A DNA stretch of 64,000 nucleotides, taken from NCBI RefSeq assembly GCF_006345805.1, contig NC_042997.1, positions 91,264,001 to 91,328,000 on the forward strand. Reading direction: 5' to 3'. The notes under the pieces were generated by a model, which saw only the letters and a program-made list of their open reading frames with translations, was not told where the DNA came from and ran no database searches. Below, one piece after another: positions 13,896 to 25,197 of this stretch; position 1 is the stretch's first letter; the number at the start of each line of letters is the position of its first letter. Origin of the DNA: Octopus sinensis (lineage: Eukaryota). The translations under genes were made by a program, and so were the position numbers.

Positions 13896-14057
13896 TGCTG
13901 TATCTTAACATGTATAAGGAACCCCCAAATTTTGGGGGCTTAAAATTTGGAAAAAGGGTTTTGTAAGGGATTATAATGCTATCCATGTAAAAGAAACTCC
14001 CATATTCTTTTGACCTAATTTTTGACAAAAAAGGGTTCCTTATACATGTTAAAATAT

Positions 14058-14096
<39 letters not shown>

Positions 14097-14164
14097 ATAT
14101 ACACACACACACACATATATATGTATATGTGTATATATATATTATATCTATGTGTGTGTGTGAA

Positions 14165-14385
14165 TCTTTGTGTTTGTGTTTGTGTTTGTCCCCCACCACT
14201 GTTTGACAACTGCTGCCAGTGTGTATGTCCCTGTATGTAGCGGTTCAGCAAAAGTGACTGATAGTATAAGTACTAGGCTTTAAAATTAAAGTAGTGGGGT
14301 TGATTCATTTGACTAAAAAAAAAATCACCAAGACTGTGCCTCAGCATGGCTGCAGCCTAATGACTGGAACAAATAAAAGATAAAA
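14165..14385 (+). mobile_element. SINE 3' half (CORE-type family)
   Basis: tttgtcccccacc...gatagtataagtactaggc...cagcatggctgcagcc...ctggaacaaataaaag. Confidence 0.75.
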
Positions 14386-14399
14386 TATATATATTGTCA

Positions 14400-14790
14400 A
14401 AGGTATGGTTGTGTGCAAAAGAAATTTGCTTTCCAACCACATGATTTTGGATTTAGTCCCACTATATGACATTTGGGCAGATGGTTTTTACTATAGTCCT
14501 GAGCTGTAGCATGCATATGATGTGTGTATAAATGTGTGTGTGTGTGTGTGTGTGTGCGTGTGCGTGTGTGTGTGATTTCTTGTCTTGAAATTATATGGTG
14601 CTTGTAAATGAGTATGGCCATCATACAAGCAATGTTGTTCGTTTTCAATCATGCATGAAAAGCATGTATGAACAAGGGGAAATATTACCTTGTTTTGGTG
14701 ACAAGAAGGGCATTTGGCCATAGAAAATGTCCCTCAACAAATTCTCTCTGTACTATGCAAGCATAGAAAAATGGATGTTAAAACAATGAC
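14400..14790 (+). mobile_element. CORE-type SINE with RTE-derived tail
   Basis: Head resembles that of 19301-19737 (ggttgtgtg...ccaaccacatg...agtcccact...ttgggcag), internal (TG)n, then a tail like the RTE 3' end (gaagggcat...catagaaaaatggatgttaaaacaatgac). Confidence 0.6.
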
Positions 14791-14824
14791 ATATATATAT
14801 GTGTGTGTATATATGTATGTGTGC

Positions 14825-14866
<42 letters not shown>

Positions 14867-14869
<3 letters not shown>

Positions 14870-17800
14870 TACTGTAAGTTTAGAGTGAATACTTGATAAG
14901 TGTAAGCACCTGTATATGCCAGATAGTGGCAGAGGTGAGAGAATATATCAAGCATAAATTAAAAACAGAACACAAAGGATATTGTGGTACACGTGTTTCA
15001 AGCTCTATGAACAATCTATTATTACATCAGCATAGGTATATTATTGATATAAAAGATGTTTAAAGCTCTCTTCAGCCACAAACATTGTTAGTCCAAAGAT
15101 TACATCACAAAATAAAAAAGTACATGTAGTATTAACCATTGTAATAGGTTTATCATATCTCTTTGAAAAGGTATATTTGCATAAAGGTTTGTTTTATTTC
15201 AAAAATCTGTCCATACTGTACCACCATTCGGCATAGAGTGAATGTTAGATAGATTGGATTGAGTTTATATTTAATTAGCGTGTATAAGATAGAAAGAAAT
15301 AATAAAAGTTAAAAAATAAAGTAAGAAATAAAAGTAATAGAAGTAAAAACAAGAGTAATAAAATCAAAAATAAGGATAATAAAGTTAGATACACATATAA
15401 ATAAGATTTAGCAAAATTTGGAATAAAGTAACAAAAGAAATAAAAATATAAGTAGAATAAGAGATAAAGAGATAAAATACTATAGAGCTGAGAACAGGAT
15501 GTTGGCTTTGATGAGATGATAGAGGTCATAAATAATTTCTTAGTTTGAACACTCATTGAATTATAGATTAAGGTTGTAATTTGATATCATTGTGATGAAT
15601 GGTCAGTTTACCCAAAATCACAACTAAAAATTACTAGCTTTATAAATTTATCTATTACATTGGTCCATCCACTTACTTAGAAGTCATAGTATTTGTGTAT
15701 ACACACGCATATGTGTGTATACACATGCACTCATACAGATATATATGCTAACATGCTCGAGCGTATACAAGTACGCCTCATTATGCACAGCTATAAATAC
15801 ATGAATCTACACATACATCTCCACACATAAATACAGTTACGCCCTAGTAAACATATACATACTCTACCATATCCACATATCCTTAAGCACACGTACAGAT
15901 ATAGATATATATATCTCCATGTATAGCATCCGCATACATTCACACACGTCCATCCATGTATACACTCATACAAAACACCTTACAATGTATATCTTGTTTT
16001 TGAGTACGTAACAGTTATATTTAATATACTATTCTCAATAGATTGAGTTCCATATATTTAAAAGTTTTAAAAGAGGTTTTTTTTAGATCTGTCTATGACA
16101 AATCCAATAGATCTGGTATTAAGTAACAACAAGTTGAAATGAGGGATAATCAATAAAGGAAATGATTTAAAAAGAAAAGAAATAAATATAAGTGATAAAA
16201 GGGAGTAGCAAATTACCAATAAATGAAATAATTGATATAGAGATATAAGGTTCTATAGGAATAGAGTTTTGTAAAAATCATTTTTAAAAAATAGAGTTTT
16301 ACAAGAATCATTAAAAAAAATAATAGTGAAAGAGCATTAGAAGTAGTAAAAATACTGACAGAATAAACCGGTGATATTAGAAAGGTGTTGTAAGATATCA
16401 AAAATATAAAAATCCAGCAAATATATTTGGAAATGCATAAAAGGTATCTGAGGTAAAAAGTAAAGTGAAAATGTAAAGAATAAAATAAAATGAAATGAAA
16501 AGATGGAAGTTAAAAATAAAATATGAAGAAAAATTATAATGATAGTAATAATATAATAATATAATAGTAATAATATAGTGATTGGAAAAATATAGTGATT
16601 GGAGAAATTTCAAGTCTATCCACTTGTGTAAATTATACTCCTATTTTTTATTGTTTAGGAAATGTTATATGAAGTTAAAAAAGTCTAGGTTCCTATCCAC
16701 TCATGATTACTAGTATAATATTGTTTTAAACATTATTGAAGTTATTAGTGTTGGCTAATAGGACCTACGTGTATGGTAGTGATATTCTAAATTTTAGAGT
16801 CAGTGACTAAATTATTTAGACATGTTCTCTATAAATAAGTCTAAAGTCCTCGGATTGTTTAATATGTGTGTACTATATGGGGTCAGAATCTAGCTAGGCG
16901 AAAGTAAACCGAATAAGTAACTAGTTGGGGATAAGCTCAGGAGTTGTTAATTCAATGCCTGAATAGTGGCAGGAGGGAGCAGATGATGGAATTTCCAACG
17001 AGAGAAGATCATGAAGGGATTAAAATTGATAATGGAGACTTAAGGCTTATAGTATTTAAAGGTTTTAGTCAATTTATGCATACAAGTTGGTTTGAATTCT
17101 GATCTTTTATTAACTAGCTTGTCCTCAGGGAATCTAATGATTTTCAAGAGTTCTAAGGAACATAACTGGCAACCAGTTCTATTATTTTTATAAATCGCTG
17201 CCTATCCAACTATGGACCATTTAAAGTTAAAGTTAATATTTCCGTCTTTAAGTTCCCATATCCTACGCGATAAGGAAGTGCTATTAGCCTTATGTTTGAG
17301 TCTAAATGATGACCTATGGTTATAGAACCTAGATTTCCAGGCATTTGAACAACCAATGTAGGTGAGAGTATTCAATTCTGTAATTATTTCACAAAAGTAG
17401 ACTATGTTTTTTGCGAGGCAGTTTCCACGTAAAGGACATGTTGTTGTTACACGATTGCACCCAAATTTATAATTGCCAGGCCGTCTGTTATTTGCATGTG
17501 GAAGGTAAATGTTGATAGAATTGTTATCATGGTTACTTCTAGGGTAGTTAGAGTCTACGCCTACACTGTCATTACTATTATTGTTATTATCTCTATTGGT
17601 GTTGTTCAAAGTTTTCCTACCTCTATTCTTTCAACCGGTAATACTGATTCTGGATCTATTAGCCATATCAACATTATTATCAATTATATTGGTATTGTGA
17701 CTAGTATAATTATTGTCGCAATTACTGTTTGAGGTGGAACGAGTTATTCTATTAGTAGTAGCAGTAGCGTCATTTAACATGGCAGTACTATAGGGTGTGC

Positions 17801-19020
17801 CACTAATCTGTGTTGGGTCTGGGTTTATTGGTTCATCTAGTACACTGTGATTCGATATTGGGATAGGATTATTGGGCCTACCACTGTTACTAACATTATA
17901 ATTACTGCTATTACTACCATTATCAACAATGTTATTACTATCAGGATCATTACTATAGTAATTATTGTTTCTGTTATTATTATTATAGTTATTGTTACTA
18001 TTATTAATATAGCCACTGTTGTTGTCAATACTAAAATCATTATTTAAGGAACTGCTATCAGTTATCTCTATGTTGTTAACCAGGTGGTTAGACACCATAG
18101 GTGCAGGAATAACAACTTGGTTATTGTTATTAATTTGGATACTACCATTATTAGTTCTTGGACTATTGGGGTTAGAGTGATTATTATTGTTTGCTCTTAA
18201 TCTAGCTTTTTTTATTCTGGTTTTATTATGCTTAGATATGAGGCATTTCATATTGGGGAGAGTCGAATATGAGATTCTAATAGTTTTAGTGGATAGAATA
18301 CTACTATATTTATGAGTGGGTAGAAAGTTATTGGATATAATTGAAAATATTTTCTTGCATAATTTTCCTGTAACTGCAACATTATATGTTATGTTATACC
18401 ATATATAGTTGTGTAATTTACAGTTCTTACATTTAGGAATTCTTTTATTGTTAGTGTTACTCTTATCGGTAGGGTTTTCCCTAACTGAATTTTTATCGGT
18501 GTGATTTCTTTCTTTATGTTTTTTGATCTTAACCTCATTTGTATTTATGCTGGTTGTATCTGTGCTTTTATTAGACCTATTTACTTTACCTCCGTTTAAA
18601 GAACCAACTCTAGAATCTCTAATTTCTTTATATGACGGAGCCTTATTAATGATGGATGCTCTGGGTGGTTTATCATTTAAGTTTTTAACAATTAAGTTTT
18701 TAACAAAAGAGATTTTCTGGGGGTACCCAGTGTTAGAGAGAGCTTGATTATAATGATGCGCATGATCACTGAAAATATTTTGGTTTGAGGATAACCTAGA
18801 TAGTCTATCGGAAACAGCCTGGACTGTGGTATTAATTATACAGGGTGGGTGATTAGATGATGTGCCAATATAACTTGTGGTTTCTTCTGGCTTTCTATAA
18901 GGGTAGTGAAGTCCTTTATCTATGTCTAATGCAGCATCTAAAAAATTAATAACAGATTGTTCATAAAGCTTGAAACACGTGTACCGCAATATCCTTTGTG
19001 TTCTGTTTTTAATTCATGTT
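14867..19020 (-). mobile_element. Penelope-like element (Neptune-like), 5'-truncated, with an inverted copy of its 3' end at the 5' junction
   Basis: RT C-terminus plus GIY-YIG ORF at 17040-18957, about 2 kb T-rich 3' region, 18945-19020 is the inverse of 14950-15025, and both ends abut (TA)n. Confidence 0.8.
17040..18957 (-). pseudogene. Penelope RT (C-terminal part), linker and GIY-YIG endonuclease; one frame with two premature stops
   Basis: INFLD..YPYRKP..YI..SSNHPP..RLSRLSS..ALSNTGY; IWYN..ISYSTLPNM..ISKHNK; CPLRGNC..IVY..TYIG..WKSRFYNHRSSF..STSLS..WELK..CQLC..NKRSE..CMH. In-frame stops at 17631-17633 and 17202-17204; terminal TAA at 17040-17042. Confidence 0.92.
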
Positions 19021-19262
19021 TTATATATATATATATCCAGAGGTGATGCAGTACAACCGTTTCAAGCAGCTCCATTTAATTGAACAATGCAATCATATAT
19101 ATATATATATTAGCTTTTATTAAAACTAAAAATTTTATTACAAGTTATTACTTCTATTTGTTATTACTTGTTACTTCTATTATAAATAAAAAAAATATAT
19201 GAAAATATTTTTTGCACTTTACAAAAATTCCTTTTTTTAGGGGATCATTGTAGTTGTGATCC

Positions 19263-19300
<38 letters not shown>

Positions 19301-19302
<2 letters not shown>

Positions 19303-19505
19303 TCTTTTACTCTCTTACTTGTTTCAGTCATTTGACTGCGGCCATGCTGGAGCACCGCCTTTAATCGAGCAACTCGACCCCTGGACTTATTCTTTGTAAG
19401 CCCAGTACTTATTCTATCAGTCTCTTTTTGCCGAACTGCTAAGTGACGGGGGACGTAAACACACCAGCATCGGTTGTCAAGCGATGTTGGTGGGGACAAG
19501 CACAG

Positions 19506-19566
<61 letters not shown>

Positions 19567-19735
19567 CATATATACGACAGGCTTCTTTCAGTTTCCATCT
19601 ACCAAATCCACTCACAAGGCATTGGTTGGCCAGGGGCTATAGCAGAAGACACTTGCCCAAGATGCTGTGCAGTGGGACTGAACCCGGAACCGTGTGGTTG
19701 GTTAGCAAGCTACTTACCACACAGGCACTCCTGCG

Positions 19736-19737
<2 letters not shown>
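19301..19737 (-). mobile_element. Full-length tRNA-derived CORE-type SINE
   Basis: Minus strand: ggcgcaggagtgcctgtgtggtaagtagc..ccgggttcagtccc (tRNA-like head), cttgggcaagtg (CORE-like), internal (TATG)n/(TG)n, body, tail ggcggtgctccagcatggccgcag..ctgaaacaagtaa. Confidence 0.85.
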
Positions 19738-19779
<42 letters not shown>

Positions 19780-19830
19780 TATATATATATATATCATCAT
19801 TTAACGTCCGCTTTCCATGCTAGCATGGGT

Positions 19831-19884
<54 letters not shown>

Positions 19885-19977
19885 CAGAGGAAATTCATGA
19901 AAAAAACAAAAGACAAAGACAGGTGGTGTAGAAAACAAACATATATATATATATATGTATATGCATATATATATATG

Positions 19978-20023
<46 letters not shown>

Positions 20024-20054
20024 CAAACACACACACACATATATGCATATATGA

Positions 20055-20206
20055 GTACAGGACGTCACCAATAGTTAATAACACAAAATATGAAGGGGCA
20101 TTCTTTATGTTACTTGTTCTGTTTTCCATTTTTTCTTTCGTTGTTTGTGTATTGAACTCATTTGTTTTCATATTCCGTGTTGTTTACTGTTGGTGACATC
20201 CTGTAC
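20055..20206. repeat. Small inverted-repeat element (40-bp arms) embedded in (TA)n
   Basis: 20055-20094 gtacaggacgtcaccaatag..aatatgaa is the inverse of 20167-20206 ttcatatt..ctgttggtgacatcctgtac. Confidence 0.8.
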
Positions 20207-20225
20207 CCATATATGCATATATATG

Positions 20226-20256
<31 letters not shown>

Positions 20257-20280
20257 GCATATATAAATATATTATTTATA

Positions 20281-20359
<79 letters not shown>

Positions 20360-21880
20360 AATAAATAAAATATATGCATACATACATATATGTACGTACC
20401 TACATCTACATGTATATATACATGCATATATATATATATATATATATCGTTTCTTTTCTCTAAGTAAGTTTATATATATATATATGGGAGTGGGAGAATG
20501 TAAAAACAGGTCGGCATGTCACCATCACCACCACCACCAAGTTTATATATATATATTATATATATATATATATATATGGGAGTGGGAGAAAGTAAAAACA
20601 GGTCGTCATGCTACCACCACCACAACCAATTAGCCAGAAGATAAGTTGTTATATAAAATAACCCTGGGCGTTTTTAGGTTTGAAATTTCTCTTCAGTCGA
20701 TAATATAGTTTAGTGTCATGAAATCTCTATTTTAAGCAGTAAGTTGTGGCTTTTAAATAAAGCATGTATCCACAATTAGGTATAAATCCTTCATTTTACA
20801 GTCAACTGACATCATATGGGAGATAGAAATATCAGAATTTGCATAAATATGCAACTCATGCTAGTTTGGAGAAGTTGGCCTAAAAGTATATTAACTAATT
20901 CGCTAGACTAATGTTTGTATATCACAACACCAAAGAAGCGTATGTATGATTGCTCACTCTGTTAGAAATAACAGCCAAATTCCCCTTACAACAGAACTTT
21001 ACCGTCTTAAAAAAATAAATGAAACATAGATTAATGTAGTCTTACAAACAGTCTCGGAAAGTGAGGAGGGATGGTCATATCTGAAATACTTTAATTATAT
21101 ATCAACTTGATCATAGCTGATGTTGGGATTAAACAGCAACAACAATGATAATAACAACAGCAATAATTTGTAATGGTTTTTACACACACACACACACACA
21201 CCACACACACACACACACACACAACACACACACACAACACACATACTTGGGTTTGTCTGAAGTAGTTATTATTTGAGATAAGTACTTGAAACAGTGCTAT
21301 GTCTGAGTGTCAAATTCTGTTGTGATACATAGTATAGGAGGTATCATATTGGAATAGGGAAGCATATTTAAATGAAAAATGTTTAATATTTATCTAGATT
21401 AGACAATAAGGAGAGCACTCTTATTGTCTATTTACTTTCATGAAGAATTACGTCAATCGTTATGAATCCAGAATATTGAGAGAAAAAGGTTGGGTTTCCT
21501 ATGAAGAAATTGAAACAAGTTAAAAGAAGAGGACTACATTTATCTTTAAGATGCTATCCATCTAGATGCACTTCTGTTAAGCATCATATGAGGACCTGTT
21601 ACATGCACAAACAGACTAAAGATGAAGTGACTTATGTCAGAAAATTTGGCTAGCTGAATCTCTTAATTATATTTATCACTTACTCAAAATAGACACAAAT
21701 CTCCAATGAACTTTTCGACAGCAGATATGCAAGGATTGACATGATCTACATAGCTAAATTGTTACATGTGAGACAAAAGAAACTTTTCTGACTTCTAGAA
21801 GAAGGAAGAATTTTTAGTAACTTTAATGAATGACTGCTCCTGAGTAGAAGCAGATTGCTCATACTGTAGCTTCATGTGGC

Positions 21881-21913
<33 letters not shown>

Positions 21914-21927
21914 CATGGGAAAATGTG

Positions 21928-23051
21928 AGCAAGAGAAATAATATTCTTAAGATTATAAACCTGGAAAAGTACAGGAGTTATTATTCTTGAAAAAGCTCTA
22001 GACAAGTTATTACATGTGATAAAGTACAGAACAAGAAAAATTTTTACTTAAAATACTGCAGCTAAGGATAAAATTTCAAATAAAAAATATTTTGATCTAG
22101 AAAATATTAGCTTTTATTAAAACTAAAAATTTTATTACAAGTTATTACTTCTATTTGTTATTACTTGTTACTTCTATTATAAATAATAAAAAATAACTCA
22201 AAATACTTTTTGCACTTTACAAAAATTCATGTTTTAGGGGATCATTGTAGTTGTGATCCCCATGCCAGTGGCACATAAAAAGCACCATCCAGTCATGGTC
22301 AATGCCAGCTCCCTCTGGCTCCTGTGCTGGTGGCTCATAAAAAAAAGCATAGACTACACTCTTGGGGTGGTTGGCGTTAGGAAGGGCATCCAGCTGTAGA
22401 AACACTGCCAGATCAGACTGGAACCTGGTGCAGCCTCCTGGCTTCCCAGACTCCAGTTGAACCGTCCAACCCATGCCAGCATGGAAAATGGATGTTAAAC
22501 AATGACGATGATGATGATGATGATGGTGATGATGAATTAGAAATTTTTAGATAGGTTATGAAAAATAATAGTAGTACTTAATTAGTTAGTACAATAAATA
22601 GAATAATACAAAAATTAGTTATATATTACAGTAAAATCTACCTATAACAAATTCACAGTAAAATTTGCTTGAGCTATTGCCTAAGTTATTGCCAAGTCTT
22701 CACATTTTTAGTCTTGACCCAATGCCTATTTTTTACATAATGAATTTGTCTACCATATATACTATTCTACTTTGCATAAAACTTTAGCTATATTGGTACT
22801 TCTGATTCTCATTTTTTAAGTATCAATATTTTAACAAAATGATGGCACCCTTTTTAATTATAATGATACTCTGAATTAAAATCAAATAATTTTTAATATT
22901 CAAATTTTATCCTTAGCCGCAATATTTTAAGTAAAAAAATTCTTGTTCTGTACTACACCATATGTAATAAGTTGTCCTGAACTTTTCCAAGTATAATAAC
23001 TTGTCCTGTAATTTTCCAGGTTTATAATCTTAAGAATATTATTCCTCTTGC
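21928..23051. repeat. Diverged inverted repeat, about 165-bp arms (21928-22092 / 22884-23051)
   Basis: aataatattcttaagattataaacctggaaaa..cttaaaata..gctaaggataaaattt is present in both orientations. Confidence 0.8.
22261..22536 (+). mobile_element. RTE LINE 3' end fragment
   Basis: ggttggcgttaggaagggcatccagctgtagaaac..ccagcatggaaaatggatgttaa followed by a (GAT)n tail. Confidence 0.88.
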
Positions 23052-23303
23052 TTTCATAGTTTGAGATTTTACCTTATTGAATAATATATTATTATTAATA
23101 TCAGGAGATCAATATTAGAAAATTCTTCAGAAAGATATATACATGTGTAAAATAATTGTTGTATCAAAAATATAAATATATATAAAAATATATGTAAATA
23201 TGTATAAGTATAAATATAAATATATAATGTATATGACAGTTTTAAAGTTTTGAATTAAGTTTTTAAAGCATCTTATGATCGTTTCACAGAAGTGCTGTCC
23301 CTA

Positions 23304-23741
23304 TAATGGAATCCTATATTGATAAGCATTTAGACAACTCTTCTACTCTTCAGAGATATAAAATTTGAATTTTGTATAATATATCGAATGGTAGTTTTTT
23401 AAAAAATTTGAAGTAATGCTATAAAATGGTGTTTGTTTGAAATATAAATTAAAAATTTAAAATTACTGCTTTTGATTTTGGTAAGTACACTTTAGTATGA
23501 GAGTCTTTAAATCCATATATACTTCCTTGGTTAGTCTTCTGTAATAATCCATAATATTTATGTATAAAATCCATTATATTGTCTTGTATTCCACATATAG
23601 TTCATAGACTTAGATAATATAGAATAATGGAATCCTATATTGATAAGCATTTATAGACAATTCTTCTTCTCTTCAGCAATATCAAATATGAAATTTGTAT
23701 AATTTTACGAATGGTAGTTTTTAAAAAAATTATGAAGTAAT
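23304..23741 (+). repeat. About 115-bp diverged direct repeat (23304-23418, 23625-23741)
   Basis: taatggaatcctatattgataagcattt..gaatggtagttttt..gaagtaat occurs twice. Confidence 0.8.
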
Positions 23742-23819
23742 ATTGGAAATATTCTCATTGAATATATTTAACTAAATATTTATATATAACTTTATTGAAT
23801 AATAAATTTAATAAATTTC

Positions 23820-24048
23820 GTTAAGAGAGAGGTGTGTGTGTGAGGGAGATAGAGTGACAGCATACATTTTAAAATTTATTTTTCCTTGCATCTTTTTTGA
23901 GTGTGTGAGTGATTGACTGACTGAGAGGGAGAGAGGTATGTGTTGTCAGAGAAAGAGAGAGAATGAGAGAGAAAGAGAGTAAGAGAGAGAGTGATAATGT
24001 AAATTTTATTTATTTACTTTTTTCGCATCTTTTTTTAGTGTATGTTTG

Positions 24049-24084
<36 letters not shown>

Positions 24085-24800
24085 TGTCAGAGAGAGAGAG
24101 AGAGGTGTTGTCAGAGAGAGAGAGAGGTGTTGCCAGAGAGAGAGAGAGAGAGAGAGATGTCTTGCTCTGTTTGTGTGTGAGAAAGAGAGAGGGAGAGAGT
24201 GATAATGTAAATCTTGTCATTTATTTAGTTTTTCTTACATTTTTTTAGTGAGTGAGTGTGAGTGAATGGCTAGGGTCAGTCACACGTGCACACAAACACA
24301 TACGTACACCCATTGTCTGTCATATACTCATACATTTGTAAATACATATGCATAAATGTTTTCTATGTGTGTGTGTGGAAAGAGAAAGAGTCAGTGAATG
24401 GTGTGTGTTCTCATGACAATTTTTTTTGCATGTATGTATAAGTAATTAAGTAAAATTTATGCTATCACTCTCTCTCTCTCTCTCTCTCACGCACACACAC
24501 ATACACACAGAGTAACATACATCTTCTCCCTCTCTCTCTCTCTCTATCTGTCAATCACCCATACATTCACTGAAAAAAGATGCAAGAAAAAAATAAATAA
24601 AAAATGTATGCTGTCACTCTCTCTCTCTCACTCTCTTTCTGTCTCTCTCTCTCTCTCTCACATACACGCATAATACACACTTTCTGTCTCACAACCCATC
24701 AATACATACACACATCCATGTCCATTTCCTCCATCTTTCACTTTATGCTGACTTCAAACAAAGTGTACATTTCCACTCACAAAAATAAATAAAATTTTTT
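23820..24800. repeat. GA/CT-rich minisatellite region with inverted halves
   Basis: gagtgacagcatacatttt..ttgcatctttttt (about 23850-23900) recurs inverted at about 24570-24625; several AG and CT runs. Confidence 0.65.
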
Positions 24801-25197
24801 TTACAGAATTTACCGAATGCCATAAGATCATAGCTGAGCTGTGCATACATGCCTTTGAGTTAAAATGAAAGATTGCCAAAATGGTGATTACCAAAATTTC
24901 TAAATATAAAAATTTTTTTCATTTTTATGATATAATTGCATTAATTAATACAGATGATGTAATTAAACTAATTGCAAATTAGTGGTGTCATTGATAATTT
25001 TTTCCTTACCTCAATGATGCCAATGACATATGTTAAAAGTCCCCTTATAAAGCTATATTCATAAAAAAAGTATAGAACTATATTATCACCCTCAAATTTG
25101 AGAAACAAACACTCATAACTTTTTTCTATTAAAACTTCATTGCATGAGATTGTTACCACGAAATTCCTCGAATTGAGCTCTATCATAAGCTTAATTA

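Larger units (their letters stand above)
19107..22260 (+). repeat. About 155-bp direct repeat (19107-19263 and 22104-22260)
   Basis: atattagcttttattaaaactaaaaattttattacaag...ggggatcattgtagttgtgatccc occurs twice, first half identical. Confidence 0.9.

Noticed and set aside
18957-18989. Listed start (MRYTCFKLYEQS) of the 452-aa ORF
   Set aside because: It derives from the inverted terminal fragment fused to a truncated RT, so it is not a real N-terminus.
19245-20633. Long [12 protein letters not shown] ORFs here and at 13807-14955, 30174-31048, 49969-52694
   Set aside because: (TA)n/(CA)n microsatellite read-through.
23300-23750. Protein-like minus-strand stretches in the AT-rich direct repeat
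   Set aside because: Stops in every frame and no recognisable motif.
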